A stretch of 64,000 nucleotides of DNA from an uncultured Alphaproteobacteria bacterium (GCA_947053455.1 CAMRSV010000002.1:32001-96000); one strand, 5' to 3'; shown: positions 1 through 10,794, counted from the stretch's first letter. A program made the numbers and translations. The notes: generated by a model from the letters alone, not told the origin.

Positions 1-16
1 TTACCTATTGCAAGTA

Positions 17-301
17 TTATTTTTGTTTTATTTTTCCAACGCCATAATACCTTATTGAATCCAATGCAAATTGCCGCTGCTGCAGTTCAAGTTCCTTTTG
101 GCGGATATTTAATTCACGCTGCTTTAGCTCATTATTCACATAAATTCCATTCGCAATTGTCAACAGTGCAAATGTTGATAAAACCGCTGCACACGATATT
201 ATAGACAGACGTACGCCGCTTACATGCACATCTAATGTTTCTTTTATACGAACACCGACATCTGGCATCTGTTCAATAACAGTGTGTATGCGATCCATCA
301 T
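17..301 (-). CDS. hypothetical small membrane-anchored protein
   Basis: 94-aa ORF with one hydrophobic segment followed by a Q/E-rich coiled coil; fits a run of minus-strand genes. Confidence 0.6.
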   Translation of the reverse strand: MMDRIHTVIEQMPDVGVRIKETLDVHVSGVRLSIISCAAVLSTFALLTIANGIYVNNELKQRELNIRQKELELQQRQFALDSIRYYGVGKIKQK

Positions 302-323
302 TTTGGACCCTTTTTACATTCTA

Positions 324-1310
324 TTATAACCATTTCCACGGCTGCAGAATCTTTAATAGACTGTATGCCGTGCGTTTGTCGACATATGTGTGACCACAAC
401 GTGGGCAAACTGCAAACGGACGCAACATAGCCTTGACCTTTTTGAACAGCATGAACCAAACCAACAGCCCCAGCAACCATGCCGCCGCAACCAGCCCCCA
501 TGCAACATAACCAAAGTATTTGTTTACAGTTCCGGTAATTACATTTATTACATCCACATTCGATTTTTCCAAATCGTTATAGATTTTTGTAGCAACCGGC
601 CATGATGATGGACGCCATGGATAAACATGTTCAACATTGTAACGGGTCAGCAATGTCGTCCCCAGCCCCCCGGTATTTTTATCCAACTGTTTTTTGATTG
701 CTTCGTCAATCATCTTGTCGAATTCCAGTTGCAACGTGGATGTCAAATCCTTTTCCACCTTGTCCAATTTTTCATTTACCAATGCAGTGGTGTTATCAAC
801 CTTTGCAATGGCGGAATCTGCCTTGGCCACACTGTCATCAACTTTGTTCAGCGCCTTGTCAATGCCGCTGGTATTAACACCTAGTTTACCCGCAACCCCA
901 GTCAGCTTTTTTACCCCCGCTGTTTTTTTCGCGACGGCGGTATTTGCCTGTTTCGCCTTGGCCGTGGTTTCAGAAACCTTGTCAACAGCGTTTGATGCCA
1001 TCTTTACCTTGTCCACTGCAAATGCAATTGGCTTTTCCAAGTTAATCGCATCTTTTATCCCATCAAGCAGTTGTTCATACTGTTTTACAATATTTTGCTG
1101 CAAATCAAAGAACATGGACACAACGATTGATTTCTTTATCGGTTGGGAATATTTGTCCTTTACATGCAACGGCGCAATGATAACAAACGACAGCCACAAT
1201 ATCGACACAATCGCAAACACGCGCTTTGTCCATGTGATAAAAGAAGTCTTTTTTGCGACGGTTTTTGCGCCACCGTGGTCAATTACTTCTACTTGTTTTT
1301 TCTTGGGCAT
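324..1310 (-). CDS. hypothetical membrane protein with coiled-coil repeat region and C-terminal CxxC
   Basis: Long ORF; start placed at MPKKK behind an AAGGAG RBS; two TM segments; CPRCG motif. Confidence 0.75.
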   Translation of the reverse strand: MPKKKQVEVIDHGGAKTVAKKTSFITWTKRVFAIVSILWLSFVIIAPLHVKDKYSQPIKKSIVVSMFFDLQQNIVKQYEQLLDGIKDAINLEKPIAFAVDKVKMASNAVDKVSETTAKAKQANTAVAKKTAGVKKLTGVAGKLGVNTSGIDKALNKVDDSVAKADSAIAKVDNTTALVNEKLDKVEKDLTSTLQLEFDKMIDEAIKKQLDKNTGGLGTTLLTRYNVEHVYPWRPSSWPVATKIYNDLEKSNVDVINVITGTVNKYFGYVAWGLVAAAWLLGLLVWFMLFKKVKAMLRPFAVCPRCGHTYVDKRTAYSLLKILQPWKWL

Positions 1311-1369
1311 ATAAAACTCCTTTTTTTGATAATATAACTTTAATAAATTATTCACATGAAATGCAACAT

Positions 1370-1686
1370 TTATCTAATCTTGTCATTGAATTGAGAAATA
1401 TATTCCGACACATACTGCAAAAACGCCGCATACATTTTGGTTTTTGCCTGGTGCGCCATTATCTGATTGATGGCTCCATGATAAAAATCTGCCCGCGCGG
1501 GGTCATCAAACGCATATATTTCTGTGTGCGGTATCAAATCATAAGTGCGTCCATGGCTCAAATTAGAAACAAGTGCATAAACATAAAACTGTTTTCCTGC
1601 ATTCTTGCGTGCGGTGGCGAAATAAATTTTATCCCTGTCATTTAAAATATGTACAGGTTCTTGATACGGTGTTAATTTTATTTCCA

Positions 1687-1687
<1 letters not shown>
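1370..1687 (-). CDS. hypothetical protein
   Basis: 105-aa ORF whose start overlaps the tgt stop codon. Confidence 0.65.
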
Positions 1688-2802
<1,115 letters not shown>

Positions 2803-3822
2803 TTATGCCCCCTTTTTGAATAATAGGCAACAATCCCCGTATGAGAAAAACCGGTATTTTTCCGCAACTGCATGCGAATATGCGCGCTTCATTTCATCTA
2901 ACCCCGCGAATGCAGACACCAACATAAATAGCGTTGATTTCGGCAAATGAAAGTTTGTCAGCAGAACATCCACGGCACGGAATTTATAACCCGGCGTAAT
3001 GAATATATCCGTTGTTCGACAAAACGGCGCAACGCGCATACCAGGCGCAGCATCTGCCGCCGCAGATTCCAATGTACGCATTGATGTTGTGCCAACCGCG
3101 ATAACACGCGCTGCATTATTAATAATTTCAGCCTGCCCGGGTGTTATGCATGCCCATTCGCTGTGCATTTTGTGCTGTGATAAATCCTCGGTCTTAACCG
3201 GCATCCAGGTACCCGCCCCGACATGCAGGGTGACGTTAACAATTTGGGCACCACGCGCACGAATTTCGTCCAACATTTCATTTGTGAAATGTAATCCAGC
3301 CGTCGGTGCCGCCATGGAACCGGTGGGACCAGCGTACACGGTCTGATATCGTTCGCGGTCTAAATCCTCTTGTGCGCGTTTCATATAAGGTGGCAATGGC
3401 ATTTTCCCAACGCGTTCCAACACGTCAAACAAATTGTCGCAATTGAATTGTAGTTTAAGTCCGCTGTCATCATCACGCGCCAAGACGGTCGCAGTTGTCC
3501 CGTCATCCAGCGTGAGTGTCACGCCAATTTCAATTTTGTTAAATTTTTTGCACAGTCCCCACCACGTACCGTCATCCGCCGCCGTATGCAGGGTAATTTC
3601 ATGTCCAGACGCCATAAATCGCGCGGGGATAACACGCGAATTGTTAAATACGACCACATCGCCTGGGCGTAAAAATTCGATAAAATCGCGCACGCAGAAA
3701 TCTGAAATTTCGCCATTGTTCGCAACCAGCATGCGTGATGCATCGCGCCGCGGCGCCGGATGCGACGCAATCAATTCCGGTGGCAATTCAAAATCAAAAT
3801 CAGATGTGTGTAACATTGGCAA
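2803..3822 (-). CDS. queA: SAM:tRNA ribosyltransferase-isomerase
   Basis: PLPPY, RYQTVYA, AAPTAGLHF, TNFHLPKSTL, YRFFSYGD motifs; adjacent to tgt. Confidence 0.97.
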   Translation of the reverse strand: MPMLHTSDFDFELPPELIASHPAPRRDASRMLVANNGEISDFCVRDFIEFLRPGDVVVFNNSRVIPARFMASGHEITLHTAADDGTWWGLCKKFNKIEIGVTLTLDDGTTATVLARDDDSGLKLQFNCDNLFDVLERVGKMPLPPYMKRAQEDLDRERYQTVYAGPTGSMAAPTAGLHFTNEMLDEIRARGAQIVNVTLHVGAGTWMPVKTEDLSQHKMHSEWACITPGQAEIINNAARVIAVGTTSMRTLESAAADAAPGMRVAPFCRTTDIFITPGYKFRAVDVLLTNFHLPKSTLFMLVSAFAGLDEMKRAYSHAVAEKYRFFSYGDCCLLFKKGA

Positions 3823-3825
3823 TGA

Positions 3826-4233
3826 TTATTTTGTTTTTTCCATTACCTTACGGATTGCCTCGCTTTGCAACTGTTTTTTTTGCATTGCCTCTTCTTCACA
3901 TATTATGTCGTTCAAAGTACGACCATTAATAGTTCCAACACGCGAATATTCTCGGTTTTGATAACCAAGCCTAGTGTTTCTAACCTCACTATTCCATACA
4001 CTATTAAAGCCGGAAAATGACAAAGTATCTCCTATATTTACCCGTCTATAGTATTTGGTTCCACTTGCGCGACCATCAAATTTAATCAACAATGTATCTT
4101 GTGAAGACTTAACATTTGTAAGAACTATTTTATTATCAGCTTTGCCGATAACAACGCCATTTTGCGTGCATCCACCGAACACCACCGGTGCACCAAACAT
4201 TACTGTTGTAACAATTTTATGTTTCAAACTCAT
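3826..4233 (-). CDS. putative lipoprotein (paralog of 4247-4636)
   Basis: Signal peptide with FGGC lipobox; shares N(I/V)GDTL and (I/V)NG motifs with its neighbour. Confidence 0.7.
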   Translation of the reverse strand: MSLKHKIVTTVMFGAPVVFGGCTQNGVVIGKADNKIVLTNVKSSQDTLLIKFDGRASGTKYYRRVNIGDTLSFSGFNSVWNSEVRNTRLGYQNREYSRVGTINGRTLNDIICEEEAMQKKQLQSEAIRKVMEKTK

Positions 4234-4246
4234 ATTACTACCTTAA

Positions 4247-4636
4247 TTATTTTATTTTCGGCGTCACCATACGCATAACGCTATCTAATATAGATTGTTC
4301 TTTTAATTCATTAAAACTTTTACCATTTACAGATTCAATATTATCAATGTTATTTTTTTCGCCGCGGCGATTGGCTACAACCAAGCGTTCATTTACGCTT
4401 CGGTGGCATTTTAGTGTATCGCCCACATTAATCGTATAATACTGATAATATCCGGGTGCATCAGGCACAAAGCAAATCATATGCCGGTTTTCCGGATTGC
4501 CAACTTCATGAATAATGATTTTGTAATTTATCTTATGGTCAACAATAAATTTGGGCGAAGTATCCTCGCATCCCGTCAACATTGGCGCCACACATGTCGC
4601 CGCCATTAAAATTTTATTTTTTATATTCATTTGCAT
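4247..4636 (-). CDS. putative lipoprotein (paralog of 3826-4233)
   Basis: LTGC lipobox; AGGGG RBS. Confidence 0.7.
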   Translation of the reverse strand: MQMNIKNKILMAATCVAPMLTGCEDTSPKFIVDHKINYKIIIHEVGNPENRHMICFVPDAPGYYQYYTINVGDTLKCHRSVNERLVVANRRGEKNNIDNIESVNGKSFNELKEQSILDSVMRMVTPKIK

Positions 4637-4652
4637 CCCCTTTTATATGATT

Positions 4653-5558
4653 TTATTTCTTGAATTCCAAGCCTTGATCTACATAGTTTTCCGCACGGTT
4701 TTCCCAATCTGATTCCACGCGCACAAACAAATGCAGACGCGCATTTACACCCCATTGATTCTGAATATCATGACGGGCGCTTGTACCTATTTGTTGTAAC
4801 TGTGCACCACCGCGACCAATTACAATTTTCTTGTGTGCATCGCTTTGAACAACGATTTTCTGATAAATATCTAAAACGCCATCGGAATCAACATCTACTT
4901 TTTCGGTAACAACATTAATGTGATACGGCAACTCTTGGTGAATATATTTATAAATCTTTTCACGCGTCAATTCGGACAGATACAGATTATCCGGCACATC
5001 AACACTATCTGCTGCGTCAAACAGATATGGCCCCGCCGGCATAACCGCCGCCAATGCGTCCAGCATTCCCGCAACCCCATCATTTTTTAGCGCAGAAATC
5101 ATAAATATCTCGCGCCAATCGGCCATTTGGGACAATTCCGCCGCAATTGGCAACAAATCCTGTTTTTTTATGGCATCGGCTTTATTTAATGCAACAAACA
5201 AATTCGGTCTATTCTTTATTTTTTCAATCAAACCACGGATTGTGTCCGTCACGCCCTTTTGCGCATCCAAAATAAGCAACACCGCATCCGCGTCCGACAA
5301 CGCATCCATGGCTGCCCCCACCATTGCACGATCCAGCCGTCGCGCAGGCTTGAATACACCCGGCGTATCAACAAATATCAATTGACGGTCGCCGACCATT
5401 TTTACCGCACGAAAATTTGTACGTGTGGTTTGAACCTTGTGCGACACAATTGATACCTTACGCCCCATAATTTGATTTAATAATGTGCTTTTGCCCGCAT
5501 TTGTGGGGCCTATAATTGCAATAAATCCGGAATATGTCTGTTTCATACTTTGGAACAT
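4653..5558 (-). CDS. era: GTPase Era
   Basis: GPTNAGKST, KVQTTR, DTPG, NKAD motifs and KH domain (VIGRGG). Confidence 0.96.
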   Translation of the reverse strand: MFQSMKQTYSGFIAIIGPTNAGKSTLLNQIMGRKVSIVSHKVQTTRTNFRAVKMVGDRQLIFVDTPGVFKPARRLDRAMVGAAMDALSDADAVLLILDAQKGVTDTIRGLIEKIKNRPNLFVALNKADAIKKQDLLPIAAELSQMADWREIFMISALKNDGVAGMLDALAAVMPAGPYLFDAADSVDVPDNLYLSELTREKIYKYIHQELPYHINVVTEKVDVDSDGVLDIYQKIVVQSDAHKKIVIGRGGAQLQQIGTSARHDIQNQWGVNARLHLFVRVESDWENRAENYVDQGLEFKK

Positions 5559-5642
5559 AGCACAGTTTTTAAAAAAGTAAATAAAAAACCTTGCAAAAGT
5601 TGTACTTTATTTTATTATTTGTCCACAAATAAGGATTTGCTC

Positions 5643-6656
5643 ATGAAAACCACTGATAATGATATGAACACAGGATTTGGTGAAAAATGGAATTTGCGCT
5701 TTATGAATTTGGCCAAACATATATCAAATTGGTCCAAGGATGAAAGCACAAAGGTCGGATGCGTTATTGTAGGACCGGGCAAGGAAATCCGCAGCCTGGG
5801 TTACAATGGTTTCCCACGTGGCGTTGATGACACGATTGCCGAACGCCAGTTACGTCCGCTAAAATACGAATATTACGAACACGCCGAACGAAATGCGATA
5901 TATAACGCCAACCTGTCGGGCAGTGCGCTGCGTGGATGTACACTTTACGTAACATTGCCGCCATGCCCCGACTGCGCCCGCGGAATAATCCAGTCCGGAA
6001 TCCGGCATGTCTATTTCCTGAAACAGGAAGAAAAAAACAACAAAAATTTATCCGGCTGGCGCAAGAATATTTGCCTTTCATTGGAAATGTTTGACGAGGC
6101 GGGCGTCAAATATACATCATTAAACCGTGAAAACGGGATATGCGATGTCCCGCTGAAAAAGCTGTTCAATCTAGTGCCGCAGTATAAATTGGATAATGTG
6201 TCGAACATCACAATTAACAAGTATGGCCACAATCATCAGATATCAATGTGTATCGAAGAACTGGGCGAATTATCAACGGAGCTGCTGCTGAACAATTCTG
6301 CTAAAAACACAGCGGCGGAAACCGCAGATGTATACATAACGTTAAATCACATAACATACGGGTATGACATCCGTAAATCGGTTATCACCGCGCGCAACAA
6401 CAAGATACAAAACCCACAATATCTAACACGGGATGATGAACGCCTGATATCATTTTTTGCATTACAAAAAGAACTGCTGAAAAACATCAACCGCGGCTTT
6501 GATAACATCCCAGAAATCATAAACAGAACCGCCGATGCATATGTTGCACTGATAAAATCTATTGTGGAACGCAATAATATGGTTCAGGTACGAAAAATCA
6601 TACAATCTAAAATCGAACGAACAATTGAACGTGTAAAAACTGAAAAAGCTAAATAA
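5643..6656 (+). CDS. dCMP deaminase fused to MazG-like (all-alpha NTP pyrophosphatase) domain
   Basis: N-terminal GYNGFPRG, HAERNA, PCPDC; C-terminal IEELGEL...ETADV; start at MKTTD behind AAGGA. Confidence 0.8.
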   Translation: MKTTDNDMNTGFGEKWNLRFMNLAKHISNWSKDESTKVGCVIVGPGKEIRSLGYNGFPRGVDDTIAERQLRPLKYEYYEHAERNAIYNANLSGSALRGCTLYVTLPPCPDCARGIIQSGIRHVYFLKQEEKNNKNLSGWRKNICLSLEMFDEAGVKYTSLNRENGICDVPLKKLFNLVPQYKLDNVSNITINKYGHNHQISMCIEELGELSTELLLNNSAKNTAAETADVYITLNHITYGYDIRKSVITARNNKIQNPQYLTRDDERLISFFALQKELLKNINRGFDNIPEIINRTADAYVALIKSIVERNNMVQVRKIIQSKIERTIERVKTEKAK

Positions 6657-6684
6657 AAACCGGCGTTATGCCGGTTTTTATAAA

Positions 6685-7431
6685 TTAACGTTCCATATCA
6701 TTTGTTTTCTTGTCTAATTTTTGCGTCCATTCGTTGTCCGGGAAATTCGTACGCAGCATTTTGGAAAATCCTGCTGCCTGCTCCGGCAGGCCGATTGCCG
6801 TATAACACTCGGTCAGGCGGTACATCGCCTCTGGCGTCATAACGGTTTCTTGGGCGTCGGTAACAACCGATTGCAGACGACTAATTGCGCTGGTCCAATT
6901 TTCGCGCGCCATATCGCGCCGTGCGGAATACATAATCTTGCCCGCGATATAGTTCTTCAAAATAATTATTTTGTTTTTCGCATTTTCGGCATATTCAGAT
7001 TTCGGAAACCGTTCAACCAATTGTTCAAACTGGGCCAGCGCATAGACCGACATTCCCGGCTCGCGCCGGACATCGCTTACCTGGCGATAATAACACATGC
7101 CACGCAAATACAGGACATATGGCACATCGCGATTCCCCGGGTGAAATCGCATAAAACGGTCAGCCGCTAAAATCGCCCCGGCAAAATCATCATCCATGTA
7201 ATAAGAATACGCCGCCATAACCAGCGCATCGGCCGCCCATGGACTGGACGGGTATTGCGTTTCCGCCCGCAGAAAATCCGCCGCCGCGGCATCATAATTC
7301 TTTTTGTTAAATTCATTGTACGCCTGGGTATATATATCATCAAGCGGCTGTTCCGGGGCAATCTTCGTTTCCCCACCGCCGCATCCGGCCACCAGGCCAC
7401 ACACCGCAATTAACATCAGTATCTTTTTCAT
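6685..7431 (-). CDS. bamD: outer membrane protein assembly factor BamD
   Basis: VAGC lipobox, TPR pattern (YPSSPWA, RFMRFHP, FPKSEYA); start at MKKIL. Confidence 0.9.
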   Translation of the reverse strand: MKKILMLIAVCGLVAGCGGGETKIAPEQPLDDIYTQAYNEFNKKNYDAAAADFLRAETQYPSSPWAADALVMAAYSYYMDDDFAGAILAADRFMRFHPGNRDVPYVLYLRGMCYYRQVSDVRREPGMSVYALAQFEQLVERFPKSEYAENAKNKIIILKNYIAGKIMYSARRDMARENWTSAISRLQSVVTDAQETVMTPEAMYRLTECYTAIGLPEQAAGFSKMLRTNFPDNEWTQKLDKKTNDMER

Positions 7432-7480
7432 TATAATCCTGCCTTGATTTTGTGTTTCAAATATGAGTATAATCGAAACC

Positions 7481-8941
7481 ATGAAACTAGGCAAACATAT
7501 TTTCGGCGTTGGCGCCATGACCGGCATCAGCCGTATATTTGGATTTATTCGCGACATGCTGATTGCGCGCGTACTCGGGGCGGGACGGTTAAGCGACATA
7601 TTTCTGGCGGCATTCAAGTTGCCGAATTTATTCCGTGATTTGCTGGGCGAAGGGGCATTGTCCGCTATATTCATCCCCATGTACACAGATTTGAAAAAAG
7701 ACGATGAATTTGCCAAGAATGTTTTTTCATGGCTAATTACCGTATTATTGGGCATAACCATAGTATTTGAGATACTCATGCCATTGATTGTATGGATATT
7801 GGCTCCCGGATTCGACGCAGAGCCGGGAAAAATGGAAATGACCGTACTAATTTCCAGAATAATGTTCTTTTATGTAATATTCGTGTGTGGTTCGGCATTC
7901 TTGTCTGCGATACTTAACGCGTTTTCAAAGTTCTTATTGGCTGCGTTTATGCCGGTTATGCTGAACATAATGCTGATATGCGCATTGTTGCTGGCGTCTA
8001 CATGGACTGGTGGTATGGCACTGTACCTTATGGCGGGGACGGTTGTTCTGTCGGGGGTCGTGCAATTTGCAATTTTGTGGGCACGGGTACGGGCACGACA
8101 CTTTGGCCTGCGCATTATCCGCCCCAGGTGGACACCCGGAATCAAACATCTGTTTCAGCGTCTGGGTATCAGTATTGTCGGAAATGGATTTTATCAGATT
8201 ACGATTATAATCGGCACACTGATTGCCAGTTTCCAAAATGGCGCTGTATCATGGCTGTATTACGCCGACAGAATTGTGCAATTACCTTTTGCAATGATTG
8301 GATTGGCGGTGGGAACGGTGCTGATGTCGTCAATTTCAAACGCATTGGCGGAAAACAACATGCGCAGTGTTCATATTCAGCAGAATTCTTCGATGCGTCG
8401 GTCAATGATGCTGATATTACCGTGCGTGGCGGGTCTTTTTGTGCTGGCGCAGCCAATTATAAAATACCTGTTTGAATACGGTGCGTGGACAACATCTGCA
8501 ACTTCGGCGGTGGCCGCAGCCATCATGATTCAGGTATTCGTCCTGCCGGCGATGCTAATCAGCCAGATTTATAGCAAAACGCTATATGCCGCCCAAGATG
8601 TCAAGACACCTGTAAAAACCAGCATGATTTCACTGGCGACGGCGGCAGTGATTTATTTGGCGCTGTTTCCGATACTGGGCTATTTGGCGATTCCCACCGG
8701 TGTTGTGGTCAGCGGATATCTTAAAAACTACCTGCTGGGGCGGGCATGCAAAAAACGCGGTCTGTTTAAAATGGATATGCGTTCAGTTCGCGCCATTGCG
8801 GCATTCGGACTGCTGGCCGCGGTGATGGGTGTTGGGCTGTGGTTTGTCCCAATTGACAGCATTTGGACAATGCTGGCGGCAATTGGCGTATATGGGATAA
8901 TATACCTGCCGATTGCATACGTTATCGACCGGAAATTATAG
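7481..8941 (+). CDS. murJ: lipid II flippase MurJ
   Basis: SRIFGFIRD, AFKLPNLFR, EGALS, YADRIVQLP motifs. Confidence 0.95.
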   Translation: MKLGKHIFGVGAMTGISRIFGFIRDMLIARVLGAGRLSDIFLAAFKLPNLFRDLLGEGALSAIFIPMYTDLKKDDEFAKNVFSWLITVLLGITIVFEILMPLIVWILAPGFDAEPGKMEMTVLISRIMFFYVIFVCGSAFLSAILNAFSKFLLAAFMPVMLNIMLICALLLASTWTGGMALYLMAGTVVLSGVVQFAILWARVRARHFGLRIIRPRWTPGIKHLFQRLGISIVGNGFYQITIIIGTLIASFQNGAVSWLYYADRIVQLPFAMIGLAVGTVLMSSISNALAENNMRSVHIQQNSSMRRSMMLILPCVAGLFVLAQPIIKYLFEYGAWTTSATSAVAAAIMIQVFVLPAMLISQIYSKTLYAAQDVKTPVKTSMISLATAAVIYLALFPILGYLAIPTGVVVSGYLKNYLLGRACKKRGLFKMDMRSVRAIAAFGLLAAVMGVGLWFVPIDSIWTMLAAIGVYGIIYLPIAYVIDRKL

Positions 8942-9011
8942 ATAAAATAAAATTTGAAACCGGGGCTTTTTTATGATAAAATATAAATATTAAGAATGTA
9001 AGGAGTCCCAC

Positions 9012-9914
9012 ATGACAAAAAAAGTAATATCACTGGCGGTTTTGACTGCTGTGCTGACGGGGTGTATGAACAATAACGGCACAACGACCGGTACGGGCGG
9101 ATATGGTTCCGACGGCTTTGGCGAAGAAGTGCTGGTTACCACACCGAACGAAACGCAGACTTTGAATAACACATACCTGATGGCGCCGGCGCCGAAATAT
9201 TATATCGGCAACGCATACAAAGTTGAAGACGTTCAGTACATTCCAGTCGAAGATTTGACCTATAATCAAACCGGCGTGGCGGGTATTGTGCCGATTGAAT
9301 TGAACGGCAGCAAGACCAGCAACGGCGAAACGTTTGATATAACCCAAATGCTGGCGACCAGCAAAACGCTGCCTCTGCCGACAATTGCAAAGGTTACAAA
9401 TTTAGATAACGGTCAATCTGTGATTGTTCGTGTAAACAACCGCGGTCCGTTCGTAAATACCCGCATTATGGATTTGTCACCGGCAGCGGCGGCAAAAATC
9501 GGCATGAATGGCCAGACCAAGGTTCAAATTCAGGTTTTGCCAGAACAGTCAATTGCAGTTAAAAATGCAACACTGGGCGCGAACACCACATTCCAACAAA
9601 CCGAAACAATTGAAGTGACGCCGACCCAGACGATTGAAACAACCACAACAACCGTCACAACACCGGCTGCCACTGGTGATTACAGCGTACAATTGGCGGC
9701 ATTTTACGCCGAAGACAGTGCAACAGCTCTGGCCAACCGTATGAAGGCGTATGGCGATGCCACGGTTGTCAAAGAAGGCGACATGTACAAAGTTCGTATT
9801 ATAAATCTGGATGCATCCCAGGCACGCAGCGTTATCGACACACTGCGCAATAGCGAAGGCATGGCGCCAGGCTTGTTGAAAAACGGCCGCTGGATTAATG
9901 CAGATAGCATTTAA
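9012..9914 (+). CDS. rlpA: septal ring lytic transglycosylase RlpA family lipoprotein with SPOR domain
   Basis: LTGC lipobox, KTLPLP, VRVNNRGPF, IMDLS, C-terminal VQLAAF. Confidence 0.88.
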   Translation: MTKKVISLAVLTAVLTGCMNNNGTTTGTGGYGSDGFGEEVLVTTPNETQTLNNTYLMAPAPKYYIGNAYKVEDVQYIPVEDLTYNQTGVAGIVPIELNGSKTSNGETFDITQMLATSKTLPLPTIAKVTNLDNGQSVIVRVNNRGPFVNTRIMDLSPAAAAKIGMNGQTKVQIQVLPEQSIAVKNATLGANTTFQQTETIEVTPTQTIETTTTTVTTPAATGDYSVQLAAFYAEDSATALANRMKAYGDATVVKEGDMYKVRIINLDASQARSVIDTLRNSEGMAPGLLKNGRWINADSI

Positions 9915-9931
9915 TTTGTAAAGCATCCATC

Positions 9932-9967
9932 AAAAATAAATCCCGCAAATGCGGGATTTATTTTTTT
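9932..9967. terminator. bidirectional intrinsic terminator
   Basis: AAATCCCGC-AAAT-GCGGGATTT hairpin with A and T tracts. Confidence 0.8.
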
Positions 9968-10019
9968 AATATATGCGCCACAAATTATATGCAAATATGT
10001 TCATAGAATATAAAAACCA

Positions 10020-10208
10020 CTATAGATATATCCCCGGCGCGTTATACCACAACGTTACATTGAAATTCTTTGACCTGATTTTGGCGGCACGTCGTTTTAA
10101 TTTTCGCAATACGCCACGTTGCCGCAACATTCGAAAAGCCATAGTTCCAGGTGTCACCGGTTGTAAAAAATATTCATCATACTGCAAACGATCCTTTTTA
10201 TGGTGCAT
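10020..10208 (-). CDS. possible small basic protein
   Basis: 62-aa ORF filling the gap between the terminator and the tRNA; no recognised motif. Confidence 0.35.
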   Translation of the reverse strand: MHHKKDRLQYDEYFLQPVTPGTMAFRMLRQRGVLRKLKRRAAKIRSKNFNVTLWYNAPGIYL

Positions 10209-10278
10209 TATTTTTTATCATCTAAAACCATAAAACCTTTGTCTGACAAGCATTTGAACAAATAATCGCGGGTAAGTT

Positions 10279-10293
10279 CACCCAGAAGGATTC
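10279..10293 (-). repeat. 15-bp duplicate of tRNA-Arg 3' region
   Basis: CACCCAGAAGGATTC identical to 10441-10455. Confidence 0.75.
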
Positions 10294-10435
10294 CCTCGGC
10301 ATATAATGCCTGTGGGGGAAACCGTGACGGCTCGATTACACTTTGTTTATCTCGCCTACTTGTTTTCGAACCAGGGTTCTCATCCTGGGATGCACAGCAT
10401 AAATTAAAACCGGCGCAACCGCCGGTTTGAATTTA

Positions 10436-10512
10436 TGGCGCACCCAGAAGGATTCGAACCCTCAACCTTCTGATCCGTAGTCAGATGCTCTATCCAATTG
10501 AGCCATGGGTGC
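10436..10512 (-). tRNA. tRNA-Arg(ACG)
   Basis: Reverse complement folds as a cloverleaf GCACCCA...TGGGTGC-G-CCA; anticodon loop CT-ACG-GA; GGTTCGAATCC T-arm. Confidence 0.97.
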
Positions 10513-10567
10513 AACAGTGTTATATTCTATATCAATTTATTCAAATTGCAAGAAAAAATAAAACTAT

Positions 10568-10596
10568 TTGTAAAATAATTACAAATGCAGTATAAT
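10568..10596 (+). promoter_or_regulatory. sigma70-type promoter of element A
   Basis: TTGTAA-N17-TATAAT. Confidence 0.75.
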
Positions 10597-10602
10597 ATGT
10601 TT

Positions 10603-10779
10603 GATGTGCACAAAACGCACATCGGGGTGTCGAAACCCATAAGTTATAGTGTCCGAGGGGACAATAAACGCCTCCAATCTAGTCAAGGTTGGAGGGTGGT
10701 GATATATCAAAATAAGCCCACTATTTCCTATAACTTAATAGTTTCGAACCTCCAACCACCATTTGTTTGGTGGCATTTT
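10603..10779 (+). ncRNA. structured leader/attenuator-like element, copy A
   Basis: 5' hairpin; TCGAAAC..TAAGTTATAG pairs with CTATAACTTA..GTTTCGA; CTCCAATC / GGTTGGAGG / CCTCCAACC switch; CCACCA-TGGTGG terminator-like hairpin. Confidence 0.8.
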
Positions 10780-10794
10780 GTGCTAAAAGGAGAA

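Noticed and set aside
10585-10794. N-terminal extension of the 392-aa ORF
   Set aside because: It overlaps the promoter and element A; the RBS and signal peptide point to a start at 10795.
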